In this document: positions 1 through 9,598 of the stretch, one piece after another
Numbering within the stretch: the first letter of the stretch is position 1
How the letters are laid out: each line of letters begins with the position of its first letter
DNA from: an uncultured Staphylococcaceae bacterium
GTDB lineage: Bacteria; Bacillota_I; Bacilli_A; ML615J-28; CAG-313
Reading direction: 5' to 3'
Assembly: GCA_964507405.1 (NCBI GenBank)
Contig: CAZDPJ010000006.1
Location: 1,020 to 65,019 of the forward strand
Length of the DNA stretch: 64,000 nt
Made by a program: the position numbers and the translations under genes
Notes under the pieces: generated by a model
Told to the model about the DNA's origin: nothing
Databases searched by the model: none
The model's input: only the letters and a program-made list of their open reading frames with translations

Positions 1-472
1 CAGCAAATATTGGTAATGCAAGAAAATTATCCGTAGGAATATTGAAGAAACCTTGAATTTGGTCTGCATGTAAGTCTAAACACATTATACGATTTGCACC
101 AGCAGTTTGAAGTAAATCCGCCATCAATTTTGCAGAAATAGGTTGTCTTGGTGCTGCTTTTCTGTCTTGTCTTGAATATCCATAATATGGCATTATAATA
201 TTGATATGTTCAGCTGATGCTCTTTTTAATGCATCTATCATTATTAATAATTCCATATAATTATCATTTACCGGATTACTTGTAGTTTGAATTACAAATA
301 CAGTATGTCCTCTAACTGTTTCATCTATATTAATTTGCACTTCTCCGTCAGCAAATCTTGTTACATGACATTGTGATAATTCTACATGCATGTATGCAGC
401 AATTTCTTCTGCTAGTTCTCTGTTAGAACTTAATGAAAATAATTTTACTTTTTTTCCTGATAATAAAGCCAT
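1..472 (-). CDS. prs: ribose-phosphate pyrophosphokinase, N-terminal part (gene runs off the window)
   Basis: Not in the ORF track because it is truncated. My minus-strand translation from the ATG at 470-472 reads [64 protein letters not shown]...[11 protein letters not shown]...[13 protein letters not shown], which is typical Prs. Confidence 0.9.
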   Translation of the reverse strand, partial: MALLSGKKVKLFSLSSNRELAEEIAAYMHVELSQCHVTRFADGEVQINIDETVRGHTVFVIQTTSNPVNDNYMELLIMIDALKRASAEHINIIMPYYGYSRQDRKAAPRQPISAKLMADLLQTAGANRIMCLDLHADQIQGFFNIPTDNFLALPIFA

Positions 473-486
473 GATTTTTGTCTCCT

Positions 487-1407
487 CTATTTTAGTATTT
501 CTTTTACTTTTTCTATAATATCTTGTTTAGTCATATGATATGCTTCTAACAATTCATTATACTTCCCTACTTGTCCGAATTGATCTTGAACTCCAATTGC
601 ATATACTTTAACAGGTTTGTTTTTACAAACAAGTTCGCATACAGCACTATGTAATCCACCAATAACATTGTGATTTTCACATGTTAAAACAACATTTGTT
701 TTATTGATAGATTTAAGTAGAGTCTGTTCATCTAATGGTTTTATAAAATTAGCACTAATTAACTCTGCTTTTATTCCTTCTTTTTTTAATTCTGCTACAG
801 CTTCTTTTGCTTCATATACCATTGTACCTGAAGCTATAATTGTAATATCTTTTCCTTCTTCAATTACATCTGCTTTAAATAATTCAAACTTATAATCATC
901 ACCATATACATCTGGTCTAGTTTTTCTAGGTGTTCTGATATACATAGGTCCGTTATAAGATTCAATTTGTTCAACAGCTTGTTCTAATTGTTTTGCATCT
1001 ACTACATCAAATATTGTCATTGTAGGTATACTTCTAAGTACTCCTATATCTTCAAAACTCATATGTGTTCCACCATTTGTTTCAGCAGTGATACCAGGAT
1101 CTGTACCCCATATTTTTACATTTTGTTTAGCATAACAAACAGATATCATTATTTGGTCTAATGCACGTCTTGTTGAGAATGGAGCGAAACTAAATACATT
1201 TGGTTTTAAATTAGAAGCGGCAAGTCCAGCAGCAACACCAACCATATTAGCCTCAGCTATACCAACATTAAATGTTCTGTCTGGAAATTCTTTATATAAA
1301 GGATAGGTACCATTTGGTTTTGCAAGATCTGCATCAAGGATACATATGCTTTCATCTTGTTTCATTAATCTACTTAATTCTTTAGCAAGCGCTTGACGAA
1401 ATTCCAT
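487..1407 (-). CDS. transketolase, C-terminal (pyrimidine-binding) subunit of a split transketolase
   Basis: 306 aa. [18 protein letters not shown] and [11 protein letters not shown] motifs. Starts 1 nt after the stop of the N-terminal subunit gene. Confidence 0.9.
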   Translation of the reverse strand: MEFRQALAKELSRLMKQDESICILDADLAKPNGTYPLYKEFPDRTFNVGIAEANMVGVAAGLAASNLKPNVFSFAPFSTRRALDQIMISVCYAKQNVKIWGTDPGITAETNGGTHMSFEDIGVLRSIPTMTIFDVVDAKQLEQAVEQIESYNGPMYIRTPRKTRPDVYGDDYKFELFKADVIEEGKDITIIASGTMVYEAKEAVAELKKEGIKAELISANFIKPLDEQTLLKSINKTNVVLTCENHNVIGGLHSAVCELVCKNKPVKVYAIGVQDQFGQVGKYNELLEAYHMTKQDIIEKVKEILK

Positions 1408-1408
1408 C

Positions 1409-2230
1409 TTACTTATCCTCCAAATTTAATTCTTTCAATGCAAGTTGTAATTGTTCTTTACTTATTGGCATACTATGATTGCCAAGTAATGCTTCTTCTA
1501 TAAATTTTACACCTTTACCTTTAATTGTATCTAGTACAATCATATGTGGTTTATCTTTTATAGCTTTAGCTCTTTCAATTGCATTTGCAATATCATCTAA
1601 ATTATGCCCATCTATTTTTACAGTATCAAATCCAAAGCTATTCCATTTATCAACATAATTACCAACATATATAAGATTATTTGTATAATCATCGATTTGC
1701 ATTTTATTGTTATCTAAGAAAACAATTAAATTATCAAGTTTCTTTATACCAGCAAATTCAGCAGCTTCCCAGTTTTGTCCTTCTTCAAGTTCGCCATCAC
1801 CAATAATAACATAAACATACGCATCATTCTTTTTAACTTTATTAGCAAGTGCCATACCAACACCACATGATAATCCCTGACCAAGAGAACCAGTTGTCAT
1901 ATCAATACCAATTGTTTTATTCATATCACAATGACTTGGAAGATTAGTTCCAATTTTATTTAAAGTATAAAGTTCACTTTTAGAGAAATATCCTTTATGA
2001 GCAAGTGTTGCATATACTGCAGGTCCAGCATGTCCTTTAGATACAACTAATTTATCTCTTGTTTCCATTAAAGGATTAGTAGGATCTATATTCATTTCCT
2101 TATAATATAGAACAGTCAATAAATCAACAATCGAATAACTACCACCAATATGTCCAGAACCAAGTGATGCAATACATTCAATAGTTAATCCACGAATTTC
2201 ATTAGCAATTTTAGATAACTTACAATCCAT
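1409..2230 (-). CDS. transketolase, N-terminal (TPP-binding) subunit
   Basis: 273 aa. GSGHIGGSYSIVDLL, SKGHAGPAVYA and GDGELEEGQNWEA motifs. Confidence 0.9.
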   Translation of the reverse strand: MDCKLSKIANEIRGLTIECIASLGSGHIGGSYSIVDLLTVLYYKEMNIDPTNPLMETRDKLVVSKGHAGPAVYATLAHKGYFSKSELYTLNKIGTNLPSHCDMNKTIGIDMTTGSLGQGLSCGVGMALANKVKKNDAYVYVIIGDGELEEGQNWEAAEFAGIKKLDNLIVFLDNNKMQIDDYTNNLIYVGNYVDKWNSFGFDTVKIDGHNLDDIANAIERAKAIKDKPHMIVLDTIKGKGVKFIEEALLGNHSMPISKEQLQLALKELNLEDK

Positions 2231-2317
2231 TGTTTTTCACCTCATATATATTGTCTATCTATATTATACACTAATTATCTTTTTTTTGCATTAATTAAGT
2301 TAAAAAATAATAAAAGA

Positions 2318-2356
2318 ATAAAAAAGTTCCTATTGATTACGTATCAATAAGAACTT
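2318..2356 (-). terminator. rho-independent terminator after the Cys-repeat lipoprotein gene
   Basis: 13-bp stem (2325-2337 / 2343-2355, one mismatch), 5-nt loop, U-run on the minus strand (A-run 2320-2324 on plus). Confidence 0.6.
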
Positions 2357-2379
2357 TTAATATGATTTTATTTTTTTTA

Positions 2380-5300
2380 TTACAAAGTAATTGTGATTGA
2401 AGGAACAACTCCAATGTAATCCGATGAAAAAGGACTACCATAACTACCATTCATATATACATCCATCGTTTGATTTCTATACTGATTTGCTGGCGAACGA
2501 AGCCACCAAGAAGCAACCCATCTAAATTTTTCTTCTTGATAATAATAAACATAAACACCACTGCATCCTTTAGCAATAGTATAATCGCTTACTACTTTTT
2601 GGCGGTCTTCGTTATTTATAAATCCATATAATTCATTACATACATCACTTTTACTTAATAAATATACTTTGTCATATGTATCGTTACATATATATGGATT
2701 TTCAGTATACCCAGTTGATGCTAAACTATTATCAACTAGTGTAGTATTTATTTTTAATTGTAATTCTTCATTGAAAGCTTTATTATAGAATTCATCATTT
2801 AGCCATTTTCTTATATCAGAATATTCATAATTATTAGAATATATAGTTTGACCATCTATTATTCTATCTTCATTTGATACATTAAATTCTTTTATATCAA
2901 TTATTAAATCTGTAACTAATTTATATGTACCATTGTCTGATTCTAGTATTTTCCATTTAATTGGTTCTACTTTAAAATAATAAAATTCATTCTTTATTAA
3001 AACTGTTGAAATAGAAACAAAATCCGTGCGATTCTTCAATACAGCTTTCTGTTTTGCATATCTTTCACCATCACTACCTAAATAATACCCATTATCATCT
3101 GGAGTATCACTCGTAATAGTTACATTTTCATCTTTAATAGATTGAGGATATTCACCAAAATATATATAATTACCTACTAAGTTGCTAACTTCTGACATTT
3201 TAGTTTTGCAATATATACATTCATTTTCTGAAAATGTATGTCCATTTTTTTCTAAAACATTTGAATTAAATATCTCATCACATTCATCACATTTAACTAT
3301 TTTTAAACCTTCTTCTAAACAAGTTGGTTCAGTAACACTAATAGATATATGATGAAACTTATAATTATTTATGAATCCATATGCATTATCTAAAGTTGGA
3401 TTACCTTCATCATCTTGTAATTTATAGTTAGATGATGCAGGCCAACTAGTTCTATGATCATTAACAAAGAAATTATAAATTTCAGCATTTAATGTAGCAG
3501 GAGAACCGCAAAAACCTCTATATATAATATCTTCAAAATAAGTTGTTGATAAACCTGATGACTCACGTACACCCATAATATAATTTACCATCCAAGACCA
3601 TTTAGCTCTATATATTGTACTACCATAGAATGTAGAAGTAGAATTAGTAGCAGCTAAATACCAGCTTAAAGAACCATCAGGAGATAAATCACTAAGAACA
3701 ACAGCTTTTTTACCTTCACTTGTTCCAAATGTAGAATGATCAACACCTTCAAGATATTCTGTAATATCATTTAGATAATCATTGATCATAGCTTGTTTCT
3801 TTTCTTCATTAGTTGTTCCTTCGTATGGAAATCCAGGTTCTAAAGGAGTTTTTTCAAAAATTTTATTGCAATTTTTACAAGCAATTGCTTTATAGCCGTC
3901 ACTTGAACAAGTAGGCCATATTATTGTTTCAATTTTATCATGTTCTTTTTTAGGAATAATATTATATAATAAGCGTTCGCATCTTTCACATACTCCATAA
4001 GCAAAATAGCCTTCTGAATAGCAGGTAGCTGAAATGTGGCTATCAGATTCATTTAGAACTAAATGTCCTAATTTTTTAATTGATCTACTTTCTATGATTT
4101 CTTTACATGTTTTACATTCTATGTGTGCTGTTCCATTAGCAGTGCAAGTTGGTTCTAAATCAATTATATATAATTCTGTATGACCTAGTGCCGCAATCGG
4201 AACATATGACGATATGTAATCACACCTGCTACAAGAATCATATGCTTCATAACCTAATACAGTACATGTTGGCGCTTTCTTTTCATGACTTATGATGTCA
4301 TGACCTAATGCGTTAATAGTTTGATAGGTTGTATAACTACATCTTGAACAAGTATCATATAAATCATATCCAGATTCTAAACATGTTGGTTCTTTTTTTT
4401 CATGATTTATAATATCATGACCTAATTTTGTTATTGGTTCTAGTTTTAATATTGTATTACATGCTTTGCATTCTATATGTTTTGTTCCATTAGTAGTACA
4501 TGTTGCTTCTACGTCTGTTAACCATTCTGATTCTGTATGTCCTAACACGTTAATAATTTGATAAGTTGTATAACTACATCTAGAACAAGAATCATACGAA
4601 TCATATCCTGATTCTAAACATGTTGAGTCAACCTTTTCATGATTTATAATATCATGACCTAATTTTGTTATTGATTCTAGTTTTAATATTGTATTACATA
4701 CTTTACATTCTATATGTTTTGTTCCATTAGTAGTACAAGTTGCTTCTACATCTGTTAACCATTCTGATTCTGTATGGCCTAGTGCCTCAATAAGTTTATA
4801 CGAAGATATGTAATCACATCTGCTACATGAATCATATGCTTCATAACCTAGTACAGTACAAGTTGCTTCTTTCTTCTCATGATTTATAATATCATGACCT
4901 AATTTTGTTATTGGTTCTAATTTTAATATTGTATTACATATTTTACATTCTATATGCTTTGTTCCATTAGTAGTACAAGTTGCTTCTACATCTGTTAACC
5001 ATTCTAATTCTGTATGGCCTAGTGCTGGAATTTCATTATAAGTTGTATATATACATCTAGAACAAGTATCATATGCTTTATATCCTGATTCTAAACATGT
5101 TGCGTCAACCTTTTCATGATTTATAATATCATGACCTAGTTTATCAATTGGTTCTAGTTTTAATATTGTATTACATGCTTTGCATTCTATATGCTTTGTT
5201 CCATTAGTAGTACAAGTTGCTTCTAAGTCTATTAACCATTCTGATTCTGTATGGCCTAGTGCGTTAATAGTTTGATATGTTGTATAACTACATCTAGAAC

Positions 5301-5574
5301 AAGTATCATATGCTTTATATCCTGATTCTAAACATGTTGCTTCTTTCATCTCATGATTTATGATGTCATGACCTAATTTTTCTACTTTTTCAATAGAAAT
5401 AATTTGTTTACATTTTTCACACTCTTGATGTTTTATTCCATCATCTAAACAGGTTGCAGCGGAATCAATTACCCAAGCTACATTTTTATGCGTGCATTCT
5501 TCATCTTTTTTAGAACACCCTGTAAGTATAATTAAAAACATAAACATTACTATAAATATTCTACTTTTCTTCAT
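2380..5574 (-). CDS. giant surface lipoprotein: tandem four-Cys (zinc-ribbon-like) modules, an unknown central domain and a DUF6273-like C-terminal domain
   Basis: 1064 aa. Signal peptide with lipobox LTGC (aa 17-20). About 13 modules of about 40 aa in two alternating types (..EATCTTNGTKHIECKxCNTILKLEPIxKLG / HDIINHEKxxATCLESGYxAYDxCSRCxYTTY..ALG). C-terminus reads YIYFGEYPQS...WKIL...WWLRSP.... Confidence 0.8.
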   Translation of the reverse strand: MKKSRIFIVMFMFLIILTGCSKKDEECTHKNVAWVIDSAATCLDDGIKHQECEKCKQIISIEKVEKLGHDIINHEMKEATCLESGYKAYDTCSRCSYTTYQTINALGHTESEWLIDLEATCTTNGTKHIECKACNTILKLEPIDKLGHDIINHEKVDATCLESGYKAYDTCSRCIYTTYNEIPALGHTELEWLTDVEATCTTNGTKHIECKICNTILKLEPITKLGHDIINHEKKEATCTVLGYEAYDSCSRCDYISSYKLIEALGHTESEWLTDVEATCTTNGTKHIECKVCNTILKLESITKLGHDIINHEKVDSTCLESGYDSYDSCSRCSYTTYQIINVLGHTESEWLTDVEATCTTNGTKHIECKACNTILKLEPITKLGHDIINHEKKEPTCLESGYDLYDTCSRCSYTTYQTINALGHDIISHEKKAPTCTVLGYEAYDSCSRCDYISSYVPIAALGHTELYIIDLEPTCTANGTAHIECKTCKEIIESRSIKKLGHLVLNESDSHISATCYSEGYFAYGVCERCERLLYNIIPKKEHDKIETIIWPTCSSDGYKAIACKNCNKIFEKTPLEPGFPYEGTTNEEKKQAMINDYLNDITEYLEGVDHSTFGTSEGKKAVVLSDLSPDGSLSWYLAATNSTSTFYGSTIYRAKWSWMVNYIMGVRESSGLSTTYFEDIIYRGFCGSPATLNAEIYNFFVNDHRTSWPASSNYKLQDDEGNPTLDNAYGFINNYKFHHISISVTEPTCLEEGLKIVKCDECDEIFNSNVLEKNGHTFSENECIYCKTKMSEVSNLVGNYIYFGEYPQSIKDENVTITSDTPDDNGYYLGSDGERYAKQKAVLKNRTDFVSISTVLIKNEFYYFKVEPIKWKILESDNGTYKLVTDLIIDIKEFNVSNEDRIIDGQTIYSNNYEYSDIRKWLNDEFYNKAFNEELQLKINTTLVDNSLASTGYTENPYICNDTYDKVYLLSKSDVCNELYGFINNEDRQKVVSDYTIAKGCSGVYVYYYQEEKFRWVASWWLRSPANQYRNQTMDVYMNGSYGSPFSSDYIGVVPSITITL
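4284..5440 (-). repeat. in-frame near-identical tandem repeat, period 237-240 bp, about 5 units, inside the lipoprotein gene
   Basis: The string catgatttataatatcatgacctaa recurs at 4401, 4638, 4878 and 5115, with variants at 5352 and 4284. Long flanking stretches are also identical. Confidence 0.9.
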
Positions 5575-5763
5575 AAACTTCTCCCTTTCTTTTATAGTAA
5601 ATAAAGGTATACCTTTATGTTACTTAATACTTATATTTATTATATATATAAATAGAAGTTACTTTAGTATAAAAATATCTTTTTATTTGAAAAAATGAAT
5701 ATTTAAGAGTAAAATATATATATATAAATTAATAGTAAGTAAAGGTATGCCTTTACTTACTAA

Positions 5764-5793
5764 GAAAAAAAGATATTAGTTTCCTAATATCTT
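5764..5793 (-). terminator. spoVG terminator (bidirectional hairpin)
   Basis: aagatattag / ctaatatctt 10-bp stem, tttc loop, with an A-run on one side and a T-run on the other. Confidence 0.75.
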
Positions 5794-5796
5794 TTT

Positions 5797-6051
5797 TTAT
5801 GCTTCTTCATTGTATTTAGCAAGTACAACATCCTCTATCATCTGTCTCGTTTCTACATTGATTGGGTGTGCAATATCCTTATATTCACCTTGTGGTGTTT
5901 TTTTGTTTGGCATTGCAATGAATAAACCATTTTGTCCTTCTATCACTCTTAGTTCATGTATAACAAATGCATTATCAATTGTTATAGAAGCTACTGCTCT
6001 TAAGCGGTTTTGTCCTTCTACCTTTCTAATTTTGATATCTGTAATTTGCAT
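5797..6051 (-). CDS. spoVG: septation/sporulation regulator SpoVG
   Basis: MQITDIKIRKVEGQNRLRAVASITIDNAFVIHELRVIEG...FIAMPNKKTPQGEYKDIAHPIN. I trimmed the track ORF (to 6114) to the ATG at 6049-6051, which is preceded by GAAAGGTGG. Confidence 0.93.
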   Translation of the reverse strand: MQITDIKIRKVEGQNRLRAVASITIDNAFVIHELRVIEGQNGLFIAMPNKKTPQGEYKDIAHPINVETRQMIEDVVLAKYNEEA

Positions 6052-6074
6052 AAAATCCCACCTTTCATATATAT

Positions 6075-6102
6075 ATTGTATCATATGAAAACGTTTTCTC
6101 AA
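6075..6102 (-). promoter_or_regulatory. putative spoVG promoter (TTGAGA-16-TGaTACAAT) overlapped by the 12-bp palindrome GAAAACGTTTTC
   Basis: -10 reverse complement at 6075-6080, -35 reverse complement at 6097-6102. TGAAAACGTTTTCT (6086-6099) matches the cre consensus TGWAANCGNTNWCA at 13 of 14 positions. Confidence 0.4.
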
Positions 6103-6226
6103 AATGTTTTGCAAGTTTTTGTTTTTTCATGAATATTTTATTCTTTATATCATATACTATTATTGTAAGAAATGGATATATGAATATATCTTTAAATGTT
6201 TCTTACTAAAAATATAGACCACGATT

Positions 6227-7021
6227 TTACTCGTGGTCATTTTGTTTTTTTGTTTCCTTATAACTTGTTGGTTTAGTTAATTTAGATTTACAGTATTCAA
6301 CTACCTCTTCAATGTTTTCACAAGAATCTTTTTTAATGATCATTGCTTGATAGCCTGCCATATTAATATACATATATTTACCATCATCTTCAATTGATTT
6401 AATAGCAGCCCAAGGAATAGGTAAAATATTTTTTTGAGGTTTTTGTTCTTCTTGTTCTTGAACTTCTTCGCTAGTTTCTGCTTGTTCTTGAGCATCATCA
6501 CAAGTTTCTACTACTTGTTCTTCTTGAGCAGTCTCACTACTATCTACTTCAGTTTCTTCTTGAACTTCTTCACTGTGATATTCTTCTTCTCTCATTTCAT
6601 TATTAGTAGGAATATCTTCTATTGGCGTAACAGTATGAATATCACCATCATCATAGCGTACTGGTTCTTCTGTTTGTTCTTCTTCGATAGGTATTTCAAA
6701 TGTAATGCCTTCTTCATTAATAGTAACATCCATAGGTATTGGTGGATATTCTGAAGTAATTTTCTTTCTAATCATTTTCTTTTGTGATATTAGCATTAAT
6801 GGATTTAGGAATACTGCTCCAAAAACACCCATTGCAATAACTAATATACATGTTATATATTGAGGGTTTTCCTTAAATAAATCAATAACACCAAGTATAA
6901 TTAAAAATACACCTAGTACTCTTGTCATGATTGATGCTCTTGATCTTTTAGTCGCAATATAGCAATTATATGCTATTAAATCATCTGGTAATAAAATTTG
7001 ATTAAATTGTGTTTTTTCCAT
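6227..7021 (-). CDS. YcxB-like two-TM membrane protein with a long acidic insert
   Basis: 264 aa. Two hydrophobic helices (aa 35-80). Glu/Gln-rich segment at aa 110-195. The family call is tentative. Confidence 0.45.
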   Translation of the reverse strand: MEKTQFNQILLPDDLIAYNCYIATKRSRASIMTRVLGVFLIILGVIDLFKENPQYITCILVIAMGVFGAVFLNPLMLISQKKMIRKKITSEYPPIPMDVTINEEGITFEIPIEEEQTEEPVRYDDGDIHTVTPIEDIPTNNEMREEEYHSEEVQEETEVDSSETAQEEQVVETCDDAQEQAETSEEVQEQEEQKPQKNILPIPWAAIKSIEDDGKYMYINMAGYQAMIIKKDSCENIEEVVEYCKSKLTKPTSYKETKKQNDHE

Positions 7022-7023
7022 TT

Positions 7024-7836
7024 TTATTTTTCTCCTTCTGTTGTTTTTATTATCTTTATTATATATAAAGGATAATCATGTTTTAGTTTAGATACTACTT
7101 TTTTCTTATTTAAAGAAGTATCTAAAAATAATGTAGAACCAGTCCCAGACATAATGACTGTACCATATTTAGATATATCATCTATTACAGTTTTTAATTT
7201 TGGTTCACATAAATATGTTGCATTTTGTAACTCATTATAATAATTATGATTATTTAAATCATCTATTATATTAGATGAACTCTCAACTTTATCTATTTTA
7301 TCAAATGTATTAAAAACATCTTTTGTATTTATATATATATTAGGATAAATTAATATTAAGGTTTCCTTTTGATATTTAACCTTTGTTATTTTTTCTCCTA
7401 TTCCTTCAACTAAACAAGTTTTATCATACAATCCATATGGAATATCTGCCCCAAATGGAGTTAGGAATTTAATTAATTCATCAGTTGTAAGATTTAATTT
7501 TTCTATTATGTTTATTTTTTTTATAATATAACCTATATCCATACTTACTCCACCAAGGCCAGCACCAAAGGGGATATATTTAAATATCTTAATTTGATAA
7601 TTTGTTAGTATATTATATTTTTCCTTAAATTTATTTAATACCACTAATATTAAATCATTTTCTTTTTGATATTCAGGATGATTTATATATATTACCTCAT
7701 CTTTGTTTTTTGTTTTTTTTATTTTAATAATATCGCAGAAATTGATTCTTGTATTAATCATTTGTAAGTTATGGTATTCTAAATCATTTTTATTTAGAAC
7801 TTTCAAAATTAAGTTCATTTTTGCCTTTATTTTCAT
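7024..7836 (-). CDS. ispE: 4-diphosphocytidyl-2-C-methyl-D-erythritol kinase (GHMP kinase)
   Basis: 270 aa. AKMNLILKV...YHNL, PFGAGLGGVSMD (GHMP motif) and MSGTGSTLF. Same neighbourhood as B. subtilis ksgA-yabG-...-ispE. Confidence 0.8.
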   Translation of the reverse strand: MKIKAKMNLILKVLNKNDLEYHNLQMINTRINFCDIIKIKKTKNKDEVIYINHPEYQKENDLILVVLNKFKEKYNILTNYQIKIFKYIPFGAGLGGVSMDIGYIIKKINIIEKLNLTTDELIKFLTPFGADIPYGLYDKTCLVEGIGEKITKVKYQKETLILIYPNIYINTKDVFNTFDKIDKVESSSNIIDDLNNHNYYNELQNATYLCEPKLKTVIDDISKYGTVIMSGTGSTLFLDTSLNKKKVVSKLKHDYPLYIIKIIKTTEGEK

Positions 7837-7844
7837 TAATTCAC

Positions 7845-8615
7845 CTATAATAACATTTTCATTTTTCCTTTTGTTTCAATTCCTCCAAAAGCTTCTCTTC
7901 CTTTTTCTATTAACTCAATACAATAATTAAAATCTATTGTTTTATTACAAGATGTAGAAGCTACTTTAATTGCTATTACAGCAGGGTCATAGGTATGAAT
8001 ATTTATTCTTTTAGGACTAGAAGCAAAATTAGCTCCTGAAGCAATTAATGCTTCGAAATTAGATCCACACGCCCCAGCAATAACTACCATCGCATCTTGA
8101 TTAAAGTGTTTTCTAATTATCCTTATTGCTTCTATGAAATTATTTGTATTTTCATAATTATTTAAATCTTTAATTCCTTTTCCATTATATACATCATGAC
8201 CAGTTATTACAACAATATCAGGAGTAATAGATAAAATGATATTTTCTATTTTATTTTTTATTTCATTTTCTTTTATATATATACCTTCAGCAGGAATTCC
8301 TATTTCCTTATATAATTCTAAACAACTATCTAGATATTCTTTATCTCCATCGATATGAAGAACTCTACCAAATAAATAGGAAGATGAATTTCTTGTTCTT
8401 TTAGTATTCATTAAGTTTCTTTCATAGTTATTATTTATTAATTCCTCTTGTTTTAATATTTTATCATTAACAAGTTCTAAGTTAGATAATTCAACTAATC
8501 TAACTATTCTATGATTATATCCTTTTATTAAGGCTTTTTCACACCTTATTTCTTGTATTATATATATAATCGGGTCTATGTCGCTTTTTAAAATAACTAA
8601 ATCAGAAACTTCCAT
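7845..8615 (-). CDS. yabG: sporulation-specific protease YabG (peptidase U57)
   Basis: PDIVVITGHD motif and conserved position after rsmA. The likely start is the ATG at 8613-8615, 5 nt after GGTGA. The track ORF begins at a GTG at 8627. Confidence 0.8.
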   Translation of the reverse strand: MEVSDLVILKSDIDPIIYIIQEIRCEKALIKGYNHRIVRLVELSNLELVNDKILKQEELINNNYERNLMNTKRTRNSSSYLFGRVLHIDGDKEYLDSCLELYKEIGIPAEGIYIKENEIKNKIENIILSITPDIVVITGHDVYNGKGIKDLNNYENTNNFIEAIRIIRKHFNQDAMVVIAGACGSNFEALIASGANFASSPKRINIHTYDPAVIAIKVASTSCNKTIDFNYCIELIEKGREAFGGIETKGKMKMLL

Positions 8616-8642
8616 ATATATCACCACTTATATTATATGTGG

Positions 8643-9482
8643 TTATTTATTAATTGTGCTATATAAATCATCAGATAATTTAATTATTTGTTCTACTGAT
8701 AATGCTTCTGCTCTAACGGTTAGTGATAGATTATTATTTAAAATTACTTTTTCTATTTCTTCTTTTGTTAAATTATAATTTGATTTAATATTATTATATA
8801 ATGTTTTTCTTCTTTGAGAAAAGATAATACGATTAAACTTTAAAAAGAAGGATTCATTTAAAAGAACAGGTAATTCATCTTTTAATTCTAACTTAATAAC
8901 TGTACTATCTACATCAGGAGCAGGAATGAAACATTTGGGTGATACATTAAATAAAATACATGGATTTGTATAATACTGAATTAGCACACTTAAACTATTA
9001 TAATCCTTAGTCGAAGGTTTGCCACATAGTCTATATGCAACTTCTTTTTGAACCATTACAATAATACTTTTTACTTTTTTTGTTTCTTCTAATATTTTAG
9101 TAAGAATTGCGGTGGTGATATAATAAGGCAAATTAGATACAACTACAACATCTTCGTTATTAAAGTATTGGTTAATTTCACTGTTTAAATTAATATTTAA
9201 AAAGTCTTTATGTAATATTTCAATATTATTATATATATTATATTCTTCTTTTAGAATATTTATCATATCAACATCAATTTCATAACATACTAGTTTTTTA
9301 GCTTTTTTAACTAATAGCTTAGTTAAAGAGCCTAGTCCTGGTCCTATTTCAATAACATTTTTGTTTTCAATATTAGATGCATCAACAATTTTATTTAATA
9401 TATTTTGGTCTATTAAAAAATTTTGACCAAACTTCTTTTTTGCTTTGATATCTTTTGTTTTAATTATTTCTTTTACTTCCAT
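8643..9482 (-). CDS. rsmA: 16S rRNA (adenine1518/1519-N6)-dimethyltransferase
   Basis: 279 aa. KKFGQNFLID, IEIGPGLGSLT and VSNLPYYITT. Confidence 0.95.
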   Translation of the reverse strand: MEVKEIIKTKDIKAKKKFGQNFLIDQNILNKIVDASNIENKNVIEIGPGLGSLTKLLVKKAKKLVCYEIDVDMINILKEEYNIYNNIEILHKDFLNINLNSEINQYFNNEDVVVVSNLPYYITTAILTKILEETKKVKSIIVMVQKEVAYRLCGKPSTKDYNSLSVLIQYYTNPCILFNVSPKCFIPAPDVDSTVIKLELKDELPVLLNESFFLKFNRIIFSQRRKTLYNNIKSNYNLTKEEIEKVILNNNLSLTVRAEALSVEQIIKLSDDLYSTINK

Positions 9483-9598
9483 ATTAATTTACCTTTTATA
9501 TATATTCATTATAACACAAATAAAATAAAATAACAAGAAAAAATGTTTATACCACTTTCTTTTAATAAATATATAATAATATTTAAAAAAGAAGACTT

